Of a DNA stretch of 64,000 nucleotides, positions 1 to 12,561 are shown one piece after another. The position numbers and the translations under genes were made by a program. The stretch spans positions 10,976,001 through 11,040,000 of the forward strand of contig CM052818.1 in NCBI GenBank assembly GCA_028534125.1. Direction: 5' to 3'. How positions within the stretch are numbered: position 1 is the stretch's first letter; each line of letters starts with the position of its first letter. The stretch is from Lama glama. Taxonomy: Eukaryota. The notes under the pieces were generated by a model, which was not told where the DNA came from, searched no databases, and saw only the letters and a list, made by a program, of their open reading frames with translations.

Positions 1-17
1 CAAGCTGTTAAAAGCCG

Positions 18-230
18 CAGGGCTTTTGCCTTTGCTATTGTGCCTCTCTAGACTTTTCTTCCCAGATGGCCTTATAGTTCACTTCCTTTATTTATAGAAG
101 ATTTCTTTTCAAGTTCTGCCTTCTCATTGAACTCTTCCCAATCTCCCAGTATAAAGAACAACCCTTACCCCAAACCTGAGCATATCCTGTATTCCCTACA
201 CTGCTCAGATTTTTCCACAGCTATTAACAT
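18..230 (+). mobile_element. L2 LINE 3' region fragment
   Basis: gggcttttgcctttgctattgtgcctct...cccagatggcc...ttttccacagc resembles the L2 3' consensus (gggcctttgcacttgctgttccctctgcc...). Confidence 0.55.
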
Positions 231-469
231 TTAACCATAGGGTGCTCACATGTCCCATGAGTTGTCAGGCCCAGTAGCCCTTGCAAATAGCTAGAGAGGC
301 ATTTTTGCCCTGACATACTTTTATCCGTGGAGATCCAGAGAACCTGAAACCGTGCCAGAAACGAAACCAAATGAGATGCGTACGTTAGCAGTGACCAAAC
401 TGCTCTGACAACCACACGGATCTTTAATATTCCTTTCCAGAAGCCTGGCTAACACCCAATGCTCAGTTC

Positions 470-815
470 ACACCAGGGGGCCTTTGCCTTTGCTGTTCCC
501 TCAGCCAGGGATGCTCTTCGGATCCCTACTGCATCCAGACACCTGCTCAAATGTCACTTCACTCAACAAACCTTCCCTGACCTAAAAGAAGTCTCTTTTG
601 TCACTCTTCACCCTGTTTTATTTTTTCCTTCAAAGGCATCATTACCTCGTGAAATAGCATATGTCGATTTGTAAACACCTGTTTCCTCCCTGCTAGAGTG
701 TCAGATCTCCCAGTAGGACCTGAGTTGCTGTTGCTTACCTCTGATTTCCAGCGCCCAGATTAGTGGTCAGCTTTTTGGAGATGGCCCCAAAATATCTACT
801 AAACAAATGAATTAA
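470..815 (+). mobile_element. L2 LINE 3' end
   Basis: ggggcctttgcctttgctgttccctcagcc...ctgctcaaatgtcac...ccttccctgacc...ccagcgcccaga...aaatatctactaaacaaatgaat follows the L2 terminal consensus. Confidence 0.75.
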
Positions 816-2749
816 TATGGAGCAAATACTTCAAACGTTCCAATAAGGTGGCCACTCCACCTACCTACTGAAGGCTAGTGGATTCTTAATTATTTTGTCC
901 AAGATGTGCTTGGCTTCCCAACAGTTCCTGCCTCTCCTTCTCTCCACCTCACTCCATCCCATATGTAAATGAGACTAAATTCCCTTCAGTACCATCAGCA
1001 TTTTCACGGGATGGATTCAGGGAGCTATTCTGACACAAAGCACACACAAGAGTGCCTTATGATGGGGAAAGGCTCTTTCTGTCTTTGCTGGGTGATGGCC
1101 TAAGATCTTTATTAGGTCAGTGCCTCACAGGAACCACAAGCCTCTTAGGGAGGTAATCTGTCCGGCTCATCCTGTCACTCTTCAACTTAGTGCCACTCAG
1201 TAGTGATGCGCTCTAGCTGTCATCTCTATTATCCTTGTGCAATAAAGCTGCCACCTCCTTCCATCTTCAGATCATTTGGAGTCCAGTTTTGCATCTCACC
1301 TGGATATGTTTGTGATTACATCTGAGAACCCATAAAGGACTAAGCATTCAAATAGTTATCAAGCATATCTTGCGTGAGAGAGCAAAGGAGTTAGTGGCAA
1401 ATATTGGTTTTGGTTTTCATGTGATGACAAAATCCAACAAACTTGATATCAAAACAACAATAAAATATTGTTGATATCATTTGGGAAAAGTAGCAAGACT
1501 TATATACTCATATAGTCGAAGCCACATTCACACAATGAAACACTGTCCCTCCCCCAAATCTCTTTTATCTTCCATAGATCTTGTTTTAAAGGTACCTGCC
1601 CATTTATTGTGGATGACAGACTAATAAAATGAAGTCATTTTAATAAACGCTGTATCAGAATATCCCATCTTCTAATGTGGCAATGTGAAATTTCACCACT
1701 GGAGGAAACATTTAACATTCTGACTATTTTAATACTTTTAATAAATATTTGCAATTCCTATGATAAAGCATCACAGTAGAAAATGCATTTCCTCCAAAAT
1801 TTATGTGGCTGCTGGCAGGTGGCCATTTTCTAATTTTCTGTCTCACTTACATACATTTATTACGGATTTCTAACTACCCCTTTTTGCTCTTTGACTGGCT
1901 TTGAGCATTGTTTCCTCTGAGTAGAAATGTGTGCGGTTAAAATTGTGGATGGTAAACAAGAGACTCTTGGTTTTGCAAATTGGAGGGTTGGTCATATCCC
2001 CTTTGGCGGGGTGGGGGATCCCTTAACATCTATTTTATTCCGCTCTGTAATACATTTGAATCAAGTCTTCAGATCCACATGGAGCTTGAGAATACTTTCT
2101 CAGTTCCTCCATACGGTGAAATGTTGGGGCCGGGGTGACGGTAGGTTTAAGAATGGGGTCTGCATCATTATTTTGCTCTGTTAAGCTTTGGACTTACTCA
2201 GGAACTGCAGTAGAATTTGTGAGATACTTGTTGGAGTAATAAAGCTTAGAGAGATAGTAACATTCAGATTAAGTAAATCGTATTTTAAATACAAAGTGAA
2301 AGGCACTATTTAAGAAAATTTACTCTAAATCTTCTTGAAGGAGAGAAAAAATAACATTATAAACTTTGTCATCACCTCTTCATGCATGTATATTTCAAAT
2401 CTTTGTTAAACCCCTCCATGTAAGATTTCTGGGTGCACCTCAAATGCAAACATTTTGAAACAAAACTCATGATTCCTGCAACTTCGTATTTCCTACCTTC
2501 TGAGCACTCAAAATTGAATCCTGTATCTGCATGCTGGATCTCACCTAAAGTTACTGCCACTCTCTAATCAGACTGAATAGAAATGTGAGTCTTTTTGAGG
2601 CATTTCCTTCTTGTTTTCTCCCAAGGCCTTTGTGTTCTGCATTGTCAGTGTCTGTTTTCTCATTCCCTCCCTCAGTTCCTACTGAAGCCACCCTGGCTGA
2701 AGTGCTTATTATTGCTAATGGCCACTGTATTTTATGAATCACCTAACCA

Positions 2750-2920
2750 ATGCATTATCTCATTTATGCCTTGCAACAGTTCAAGAGTCGACCCCGTCTT
2801 ACAAACAAAAAGAAAGGCAGACAGTCTCAGTGACTTTCCCAAGGTTACTCAGCCAGGAGGCCTTAGAGCTGGGATTTGAACCCTGGTAATCTGACATGAG
2901 AAATGAAGCTCTGAACCTGT
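2750..2920 (-). mobile_element. MIR SINE
   Basis: gtgactttcccaaggttactcagccagg...agagctgggatttgaaccctggtaatctgac is the reverse complement of the MIR core and tRNA-like head. Confidence 0.75.
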
Positions 2921-2971
2921 AGGCTCCCCACTGCTTTTGTAAAAATCTGTAACTATTCTCCCTACTTCCTT

Positions 2972-3400
2972 TGAAGTGGGAGGGAAGGGAGCAGGGCACA
3001 ACCATTGAAGGAATGACACAGCAAATGAGGACAGGACAAACTGGCTAGAACCAAGATGGCAGAAGATTCGACTTCCAGTAGACCCTGAGCCTCACGGTGC
3101 ACCCATAGGCGCTGTGACAGTTCCCAGGCTGACCATAAAAGGTCAAAAAGTGGGCGAGGGGGGTTGTTTCCTGGAAATCCTCTCCCTTTCCCCAATGTAG
3201 TTGGAATAATCCCCCTACTTATTAGCATATAAAATTACTGAACCCATAAAACCTAACAGCTCCGCACCTCGTGGTCACTCGCTCTCTCTTGCCTTCTGAG
3301 ACGGCCTGTACTCTGTCTATGGTGTGTATCTCTCTGAATAAACTTGCTTTCACTTTACCATGTCTTGCTCTTGAATTCTTTCCTGCGCGAGGAAAGAACT
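2972..3400 (+). mobile_element. ERV1 solo LTR, MER41-like; 3' end apparently truncated
   Basis: Starts TG. Contains caagatggc (3052), attagcatataaaa (3221) and AATAAA (3337-3342). The following cttgctttcacttt...gaattctttcctgcgcgag..aagaac matches the MER41-family 3' region as I recall it. Confidence 0.75.
3168..3176 (+). promoter_or_regulatory. GAS/STAT motif TTCCTGGAA inside the MER41-like LTR
   Basis: Exact TTCNNNGAA match (tTTCCTGGAAa). Function not shown. Confidence 0.45.
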
Positions 3401-3519
3401 TATTCTCCTACGATGTCTTGATCTTGTCCTCCTATTCCTCCTTTTCATTTCTACCATAGACTGTTTATAAAAATATGGGTTCATGTCATAAACTGCAGAA
3501 CCTCTGATGGTGGCCTTAT

Positions 3520-4120
3520 GCCCATCATTTATTCACTCAATGGTTTGTTCATTCATCCTTGTATTTCTTTTTTTAACATTCTGTTTCCATTGTATTTATT
3601 TATTATTATTATTTATTTAATGGAGGTACTGGGGATTGAACCCAGGGCCTTGTGCATGCTAAGCATATGCTCTACCACTGAGCTATACCCTCATTCTTTT
3701 ATTTCCACACATTATGTACCAAGCACAGTCTAAATATTGGGGCTTTTATAAGGATAAAAATGTCCAGAGTTCTTGCCCAGTGGATGGAAAGTAAGGAAAT
3801 AGTGATACAACACAAGCTTGGGTAGTGGCAAGTGCTATGAAGAAAGAATATGCAGAAAAAAAAGCAGGGAAGAAGAGGATTTGTGATTTTAGACAAGATA
3901 GTTAGGAAAGGTCTCTGCAATGAGTACCATTTAAACATAGACCCAGATAGAAGGACGGAAGATGAATTCCAGGCCAAGGGGGAAGAACATTTTTGAAAAA
4001 TGAAAAGAAAATGCACAGTCCTGCATCGGGGTTATGCTGAGCCCATTCACAGTAGCGGAGAAGCCGGAGTGATGGGAGCCAGGAGAAGGCGCCCAGAGAA
4101 GAGAGCCTCAAGGAGCTAGG
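3520..4120 (-). mobile_element. L2 LINE fragment interrupted by a SINE
   Basis: catttattcactcaa...attatgtaccaagcacagt...gtgctatgaagaaa...ttaggaaaggtctct...gaacatt is the reverse complement of the L2 3' region. Confidence 0.65.
3568..3690 (-). mobile_element. tRNA-Ala-derived SINE (camelid vic-1 type)
   Basis: Minus strand reads gggtatagctcagtggtagagcatatgcttagcatgcacaaggccctgggttcaatccccagtacctcca plus an A-rich tail, with A and B boxes. TSD tcatccttgtatttc (3553-3567) vs tcattcttttatttc (3691-3705), 13/15 identical. Confidence 0.9.
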
Positions 4121-4419
4121 CCCTGTACACTGTGATCATTTCTTTAGTATTCCTTTTGCTTTCACTCATGTACCTTTATTTCCAGCCTCTTTGAAAAGTG
4201 GACAACTTCTCACTGTGCACTACTTGTGTTCTTCAAAATGGAACGAGCACCTTTCCACCTCCTTGACTTCATCCATAGCAGAGCCCCTCTTCTCTGTCTT
4301 TTGAAACCTTCTCAGTCCTTTAAGGCCGATTTCCAACACCACCGCCTAAGTTAATTCTTCTATTATGTCTGATCCTGCATTAGCTCCCCACTTGAGGACA
4401 AGGAGAGGGGACAATTGTA

Positions 4420-4610
4420 GAAGACCTCCAGGGTCAAGCTACTTGAGATCAAATCCCACTGGACACCTTGTTGGCCAGGGTCCTTCAGGGCAACTGAGAA
4501 AATATTTCCAAGCCTCAATTCGGTTTTGACATTTTAAAAATAAAGCACTAGAGAACAATTTCACAAGATTTTCAAAGGAACAAGTGATATTATACTCACG
4601 TATAGTAAGA
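4420..4610 (+). mobile_element. MIR SINE, degenerate
   Basis: tcaaatcccactgg...tccttcagggcaa...aagcctcaatt resembles the MIR core. Confidence 0.45.
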
Positions 4611-4984
4611 ATCCAATCATTTTTAGCTTTAAATTATTTTAAAGGACTTCTGGGATCCCAGCGCCCTTCTCTTGTAACCCCGGTACTATGTGCTAGTGTT
4701 AAGCTTCTGTGCAGTTGCTTTTCCGGGCTATACTTTAAGCATATTCAGAGCAAGAACCATATCCAACGAATGTAGTGTTTCCTTCAGTGCCTTTGCATGG
4801 AGTAGGTATTAATAAGATGGGTCAAAGGAATTGATAATCCAAATCACCAATTTATATGCTTCATCTAAAACATTTAGGACACACATTAGTGAAGGATTTC
4901 ATAAAGTCTAAAACCAAATATTTTTCTTTTTTTACAAATTGAGATAAAGGGCTAAGGAGATAAAGGGCTTCTCCAACACTTGGA

Positions 4985-6440
4985 GAAGATCTCTACAATA
5001 TTGGGGGCAGGAAAGAATCTTGAACAAGGCACAAAAAGTACTAAACTCAGAGGAAAATTGATGAATTAAACTGCATTAAGATTTAAAACTTAGGCTCATC
5101 AAAAGTAAATGATACAACAAAATACAAACTACAAGAAGTTATTTGTAAAATATATAATCAGCAAAGATTTTGTATCCAAAATGCACATGAAATGTCTAAC
5201 AGGTTTAAAAAGATATAGGCCTATAAATATGGAGAATAGGATAAAATAGAAAATTTACAAAAAATAGGACACAAGTTGTGAATAAATGTATGAAAAAATA
5301 ATCAAAATCCTTTGTAATTAAGGAAATAATATGAAGGTAAAAATGACAATGTTTGTTAATAACGACTGGTGGTAAGGATGTGGACCCTTGAGAATACATA
5401 GACATTTCTGGTGGGAGTAGAACTTAATGGGAATGATTGTCATGTTGGGAAAGGATCTGGTGCCAGTTTGTGATTTTGAACAATTGCATTTCTTAGGAGC
5501 CAGCAGTTCCACCTCTATTTATGTGATTTAAAGAAACTCTTGCTCATGAACTTCAGGAGATATATACAAGAAAGTTCACAGAACCACTGATTATAAGAGC
5601 AAAAAGCAGACTTAGGATAGTATATATTATAGATCGAATTGTACCTCTCCTCCGAATCCCTGTGTTGAAGCCCTACCCCTTGATACGACTGTACTTGGAG
5701 ATAGATCTTTTAAGGAAGTTATGAAGGTTAAATTAAGTCATAAAGGTAAAGCCCTGATCCAGTAGGACTGGTGTCCTTAAAAGAAGAAGAGATGACGGCA
5801 GTGCACATCCACCAGAGAAAGGCCACATACTGAGAAGGCCACACAGTGAGAAGGCAGGTGTCTGGGAGCCAGGAAGAGAGGTCTCACTGGAAACCAGCTC
5901 TGCCAGCAGTTTACATTTGGACTTCTAGCCTTCAGAACTGTGAGAAAATAAATTTCTGTTGTTTAAGCCAACCAGTCTTTTGTTATGGCAGCCCTAGCAG
6001 GTTAATACGATAAATAAACTACTTATGAAATATACACACAATGGAACATTATGCAGCAATGAAAAATGAATAAACAGTTACACCCTACAAGGTGATGAAA
6101 TGTAAAAAACATACTTATTGATAAAATCAAGTCATAAGACTATATTCAACAATATACAATTTTTATAAGGCTCAAAAACAAGAAATAGTTCATTTTGTGT
6201 ATATGGATTATATTATATGCTGATACATTAAGACTTTTTTTTTTAAGCAAGGGAATAATCAACATGAAATTCAGGATAGCAGGAAGACTGGGAAATAAGA
6301 TGCAGACACTCACTTAGAAGCAATGAAATTGTTAATATTTTAGTTTTTAAGTCAGGTAATGAGTTTACAAATATTTATTATTATGTTTTAAACTTGTTTA
6401 TAGACAATATGCTACTGTTTTTAAGTATCAAATATTACAT
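4985..6440 (+). mobile_element. Old L1 (L1M/L1ME-like) ORF2 3' part and 3' UTR, split by an MLT1 LTR
   Basis: A-rich sense strand with L1 motifs gaaaattgatgaattaaactgcattaagatttaaaact, aaatgtatgaaaaaataatcaaaatcc and acacaatggaacattatgcagcaatgaaaaatgaa. Confidence 0.75.
5624..6009 (+). mobile_element. MaLR solo LTR (MLT1A/B-like)
   Basis: ttggagatagatcttttaaggaagttatgaaggttaaa...gccctgatccagtaggactggtgtcctta...gacttctagccttcagaactgtgagaaaataaatttctgttgtttaagcc...ttatggcagccctagca. Confidence 0.9.
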
Positions 6441-9400
6441 AAAAGGGGACAATAGCTTTTTTTTTGAAAAAGTGCTCTTCTCTCATATGCAAGGATATAG
6501 CCTTCAACTTTTTAAAAAAATTGCAGTTACCTTCTTCTCTCTTTCCTTCACATACTTTCCCTTTTTTCTTTTTTCCATATAACTTGATTTTCTATAAGCT
6601 TTAAAATTAAGAAAATGGCCAGTTTCATCAATCTTTTGTTATGAAAAATATTCCACTACTGTAACAGGTGTGACAGTACAGTATTCAGAATTGATTCTAG
6701 TATAAAATTAATTCCCAGTTACTTATAATATTTAATTTGTGTATGCAAAGTACCCTAGTCACTGAAAAGATAATTGACTTTGCTCTGAAGTCTCTCAGTC
6801 TACATATTAATTTCAGCTCCTCTCTCAGACCCACATCCTCCCTGGACCTCATTGGTATTATCTATGTGAACTTAGAGGAGCTGCAATATCAACAAGTTTG
6901 TCAAACACCATCACAACCCGACTGCTGGGCAGAATTTGTTGATGTTATCCCAATTCTATAACCATACAGTGTTGAACAACTGCCTTCCAATCCATTATGG
7001 ATTCTTTCCTATTTAACAAGTCACAATCACCACTGAAGGTTAAGTGTTACTGTAAAATTTTAGCTACATTAAAATACTTATGGCAAAATCTCTAGCAGCT
7101 AAGGGAGCATATTTCCCAATCTCCAATTGGTAATCTAAAGAATTAATTTAAATTCTAAAAATATGTATTGATTGCCTACTATATTCCTCATGCAGTTGTG
7201 GGACCATTTTTGTGGCATTTTTGTGATATTTTATTGCCACTTGTCCTATCCTAAAATCTTCAAAACAGACTGTCAGTCTTGCCACATGGAATGTCTTACG
7301 ACAACTACAGACACATTTGGTTTTAATCAGAAAGTTTCATGCAAGACATTATCCAAAAAAGCAGGGTGGGCTGATGAATTATTATTACTTTTTATCCTTT
7401 TTCAGGAAATATGTTAAATATGAAACATTTCGATGTTAATAATTCAGAGTGACACCCATCAACACCACCACCACCAGCTTGGAGAGTTTGATAATTGAAA
7501 ACTAAGTTTCTTTTTACAAATACCAGCCCATGTCTTTGGCTGGCTGTGTCTGAGCAGGGAACACTGAAGAAGTAATGGCAGGTTCCTATCACTAGACGGG
7601 TCATAATAAAAAGGTTTACTTCTGCAGGTGATTCCAAAACCGAAGCTGCATTCATTTCTCTTTAAAAAATAAAGTTTATTTTCTCTCATTCAGTGAAGTT
7701 CATTTTCCTTCAGATGCTAAATCTGTACATCCCAAAGGCATGAATACAAAAGCAGACTTCCTTGTTCCCTAATTATCTTTGGCGGAATTAGTATCATCAA
7801 AAGAAAATCCCTGCGAAATCAACTTACACAAGTAGGAGAACGGGAAACAGCATGTCATTTAAAAAGTCATCTGTTGCTGTGGCCCACCCACAGGAGCACA
7901 GGGATTGGAGCCAGTATCCTCTGCTAAAGACATCACCAGGGCAGGCTGGCAAGACAGAATTAGATGTTATCAGGTCTCCTAATTGTAGTGGGTTATGTTA
8001 CTGTAAGAACCTAAAGGCTGGGGGAATAATGTGAAGTCTTACAGTTTGTTGTATCTATGCTCAAAGAACTACCCCGTTCATTGTCAAGTTTAAAGATCTT
8101 GACGTTTGGAGTTAATTTCTTGTGAAAGTGCAGAAGTTCCATTGTGTGACACTCGGTTAAGAGCAACTGGACTTGATGCCTCCCTGAAAGTTGACCACCA
8201 TCACTTTGTTCCATCAGGACTTTAGTGTTCACTGGTAATGAGTTTCTGTTTAATCTGTACTTTTGTTGGATGGACTAGAAGCCCTAATATGGATGGGAGG
8301 GCTTCTGGCCATTATGGGAGCTGTAGTTCAATCCACAGTAGGTGCTGATAAAATGTACACTGAATAGAGCACCCTACTCTTACAGCTTACATTTATCTGA
8401 AACTCTCTCTTGAATTACAACCCAGTAATGTCTATTTTCTCATGTGTTATCATATCTGTAATGATAACAAAATCATGCTAATCTATTCTGATTCGTTATT
8501 ATTTTTTTTTTTTTAGTGACACTGAAGTTGAATAGCCCCTCCAGCCAGCCTCTTACATCAAAGTGCTTCTTTCCTATCGTGCCTCTTAAGAACAAAACTG
8601 TATTCCACTCTTCAGCACACTCTAATCTTTCCATTTCTATTACAATACTTCATTAATTTGACTACCTCGTTGCTTTGTAGCTTTGAAGAAGGGCATAAGT
8701 GGAAAACACTTGAATTCACAGTAACCTCTGGCGGGGAGGGTTTGTTCTTCCAAATATTTCAGTTATTTCCTCCCCGCTGGCTTACTATCATGTTTGAGTT
8801 CCTGTGAGGAGCAGATATGAATCGTGCTCTCCCACCTTAGGCATCATAAATATCTTTCGGATAATAGATAATTCACCCGATCTTATGCGTTCCTGTGCAC
8901 TTAAGAGATTCTCAGTGTGAAGAGAAAAATGTGTTTTGATTTGAGGCATTCCTAGGTTTTATAGGGGTGCTAAATTTTATCCCTGTAATGGTGGGGGAAC
9001 TGCTTCTTCCATCACCAAATGCCAGCTTTATCTCTTTCTTTTCCCCTTCCCCAACCTCTGAAGAAACATCTGAACAGCTACACAACCCGATAAACAGCAA
9101 GATTCCCCTGTATATAACCCTATGTTTGTGTTATTAAATAATGTATGTGGGCACATGGATTGCAAGGGTCTGTGTAAAGTCCGGGAATTTAGTTACTTTG
9201 AATCTCTGAAAGGAAATGTGAATCTCTGCCCAAAGCAGCCCCTTCCTTTCTTTGCATGCTCTAGATTTAAAATGTACCCTTATATTGAACCTACATCTGC
9301 CTTGGTCAAATTTCCTAGTCTTAATCTTGCCCTTTGGAGCTTAACCCATCAGTTTTATCTCTTTTTTACAGGACACTTTCTCCAAATTTGACTATGGGCA

Positions 9401-9541
9401 TCAGACTTATTTTTAAATCTTCCCTGCACAGTTCCTACACTTCTCTCTGTGGCATGGCTTCTAGAACCCCCCTTATCCTGATCAGCCATTCTCATAGTAT
9501 GTAATTATTAGGATGACCTCACAATAGAACACATTTAAATA

Positions 9542-9720
9542 CTGTCTTAGGTTAACTTCCCCTGAAAGCAACCTGAACCCAAGGCTCAGTACACACAGCT
9601 GTGAGTCTGCTGGAAACTTCTACCTCAGCATCTGGGGAATTTCTGCAGGCTGAAGGAAGATGGGACAGGACATCGGGAAGGGCTGCTACCAATGCAAGGC
9701 TGGCAATACAAGTATCTGAA
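9542..9720. mobile_element. Old ERVL/MaLR-type LTR fragment
   Basis: tgtcttaggttaacttcccctgaaagcaacctgaacccaagg resembles the termini of ancient LTR16/LTR33-type elements. Confidence 0.35.
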
Positions 9721-9869
9721 TCTGGCCAGGTGTAGAGCAATGGGGATGTTGAGCCTGTGGAAGTGCAGAGCTCAAATCCTGCCCTAAAGCATTACAATGT
9801 TTAAAATATTAGTAACCATTTAGAAGCTACACCAGCCAAACAAAATATGTTGACCTGTTTGTAACCTTT

Positions 9870-10140
9870 GCAGCAATGAGCATTTGGGATGGTGACAAAT
9901 TTGAATGCACGTCCGTACCTAAAGGAGGCTGCCATTCCTCAGAGCTAGCCAGTTGTTACTGTTCAAGAATAGGAGCTGATCATTGTTAGATCCTTTGATT
10001 CTTTCTTTGGGAATCCAGAAATCCAGGTTGTATAGGAAATATCTTGATTTTTAAACACTGTGGAAACTGAATTTGTTTGGGCCTCATGAAGCACATCTGG
10101 GCGGGGGAGGGGTCCCACTCCCCTTTAGAGCCTCTGCTGC
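9870..10140 (+). mobile_element. hAT-Charlie non-autonomous DNA transposon (MER103-like)
   Basis: ctaaaggaggctgcc...agccagttgttactg...tgttagatcctttgatt...ccagaaatccagg...gaaatatcttgatttttaaa matches my recall of the MER103C internal sequence. Confidence 0.55.
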
Positions 10141-10879
10141 AATAGCAGCAGTAACCACGGCTCAGGGGCAGTGGGAAGTCGGGCTCTCAGAAGTATATGG
10201 AGTGGCCCATTTGTGCATTTGTGGGCAGACTGGTTTTGCTAAGGCAGGCTTATTTTCTATGGCGCTGAACACGGTCTTTGGGGTGGCGCTAGAGGGGAGA
10301 GGTGCTCTAAAATCAGTAACCAGTTTTTCACCCTCGTTAATGTAACCCAGGTTAAAGCAGCATTGCTTTGCTTCAGGAACATTTAAGGTAGAGCTTTGAT
10401 CTCCTCTCTATTAAAATAAAGTAATGCATTATCCTGACCTCAAAAAAGTAGTCTTAATTAGGGGCCTTGAATGAAATAATTGACCTTGACATTGCCTTCA
10501 GCTCAGGGCACAAAGCTGTTATCAAAATGACTTATCGAGAATTAAGACGTGCTGCAATAAAGACTACTTAATAAATCTATATTTTTGAATTTTAAGCTCC
10601 CAGAATGCTTATACGTCAAGGACAAATACTAGCTTTGCAGTGGCCAGTAGGGAGAATTGTTGCATTGGGATGAAATTTCTGTTGAGATTATGCATTGGTG
10701 AAAAATATAATCTTAATTTAAACACTAGTTTGTTGATATTTTTACCTATTTCATTTGTATTTTAACATAATTATTTGATTGTGAAATGTCTCTTTTTGTG
10801 TGTTGCAGGGTATCTTTTTAAGCATTGGTACAAAGGTTGGAAACAGAAAAAGGATTGGACTAAAATAAAAGGCAAGAGA

Positions 10880-11000
10880 TTTCATTCTTATTCCTCACTT
10901 TCTTGCTATCCAGTGTGGCCTTGGGAGAATTTTTTATATGATCATCTTTACACTTCTTAAAGCTTTATTATCTCATAAGGTTAAAATAATTATTGTCTTA
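10880..11000 (+). mobile_element. MIR fragment
   Basis: cttgctatccagtgtggccttgggaga...ttatctcataaggttaaaataat resembles the MIR core. Confidence 0.4.
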
Positions 11001-11559
11001 CTTCTTAATTTAACCTTTCTTTGTCCTATTTTTCACCTAAAAAATCAAACTGTGATCAACTCTTCTTACTAAGGAAAACTCGGCAAAATGTCTTTGCAGT
11101 TCCCAAGACCTTCTTTCTGGTTCTTTTTTTCTCTGCCATGACCTGCTCCCTCCCTTCATGTGCCTCTGCTGATACCCCCAAAATATTTTGTCACACCAGT
11201 AAACTCTTACTCTCTCGCCAAGCCGGGTTCTCACTCAAAATCTCTAATCAACCATTAACCCCATCATGAGAAAGAGCTAATAACCCGTTGCTATCCTTTC
11301 CTTCATCTGCACTTACATCTGGTTGCAGAGTTTAGATTTTACTTTCCTGTAATAAGAATTCAAGAAATAAGTATCCAAGTGGGAGAGGTTTCAGGGTGCC
11401 AGTAAAGATCGATTTCTACTCTCCTGCTAGACTTTTAAAGGGAAATAGGGTGTATAAACAGTATGAAACCCAAACAAGCGGAAGGCTCTAGATACAGCCT
11501 GTGGCAGGGCCAGGAGAAGAGCTCAGGTCTTCTGCGCATCTGAGATTGCATACAGCAAA

Positions 11560-11720
11560 CATCATTTATTAGATGACTACCTAGCAGTCATGGTGCTGAG
11601 GGCACAGAGCTGAATGTAACAGTGTTTGCCCTTCAGGAATTCACAGGCTAGCAGAGGAGATGGAGGGAAACACAGATCTACAGAACAACCCAATGTTGGT
11701 ACTGTTAGGCTCAGGTAAGG
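11560..11720 (-). mobile_element. L2 3' end fragment
   Basis: catttattagatgactac...tggtgctgagggcacagagctgaat...tgcccttcaggaattcacaggctag. Confidence 0.55.
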
Positions 11721-12561
11721 CCTCATATGATGGGGTTTGGCACAGGCCAACAGACCCAATCGTGCTTTCAACCCTTTTTTAGACAGTATGTGTCCACAGT
11801 AATCCAATCAGACCACACCACATTTGTTTCTTTCATTATTGTTTCTAAATAAATCATCTTCCCCCTCCATCTCTCAATTTCTTGTCCCTGCTGTCGAGTC
11901 ACTGCCATTGCTCTGGTGTCCTACCTCCCCTGACACATCAGCCACAGTCCTTGTTTCTGGTTTGGATGGGAAAGTCATCCCCAGCTCTTCCCTGTATCCC
12001 TCAGACAGCTAAGGGCATTCTCCCACTGCTTATTTAGTCCTAGGTTTCTATTTGGTTTACCTGACATGGTGCCTCTTGCCCCAGTAATAAAGATTAAAAA
12101 AAAAATTTGAGAACTCAGAAGAGACAACATATAACAGAGGTAGAAGAGGCATCAAGGAGGCACGTTTCCTCTGGTCTTGAAGGGCAGGCTGGTGTTTGAC
12201 GGGAGATGGACTGAGGGTTCAATGCATGTAGAAGCAGGAGGTCATGACAAGCTTGGTGTGTTTGCAGAAGAATGAGTGGCTCCATGAGGAAGTCAGTCAT
12301 GTCCGCACCTCTCTGACCTGTTACGTACGTCTGCTTCATAAGAGAGGAGCACTGATACCCAATCAGAAACCACAGGGTTTATCTCCTTAGGCAACAGGGT
12401 CCACACCCCGCAACGTATATATGGAACTGACAGAAATGGCCTTGGCAAAGAGAAAATTGCAGAAAAAACCTTGCTATTGGGCTAATTTTGTATCACTGAC
12501 TGTAGTAGTTATTGATAGAAATAACTGTATCTTGGCCCCCAAACCTTTCCGTTCCACCCAG

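Noticed and set aside
3619..3690. tRNA-Ala gene (also at 63877-63946)
   Set aside because: It has an A-rich tail, a TSD, a disrupted acceptor stem and two diverged copies, so it is a tRNA-derived SINE rather than a tRNA gene.
8057..8125. LRR-like peptide MLKELPRSLSSLKILTF after a cttacag acceptor-like site
   Set aside because: Only one short repeat-like unit, an in-frame stop at 8123, no clear donor before it and no companion exons. Likely chance.
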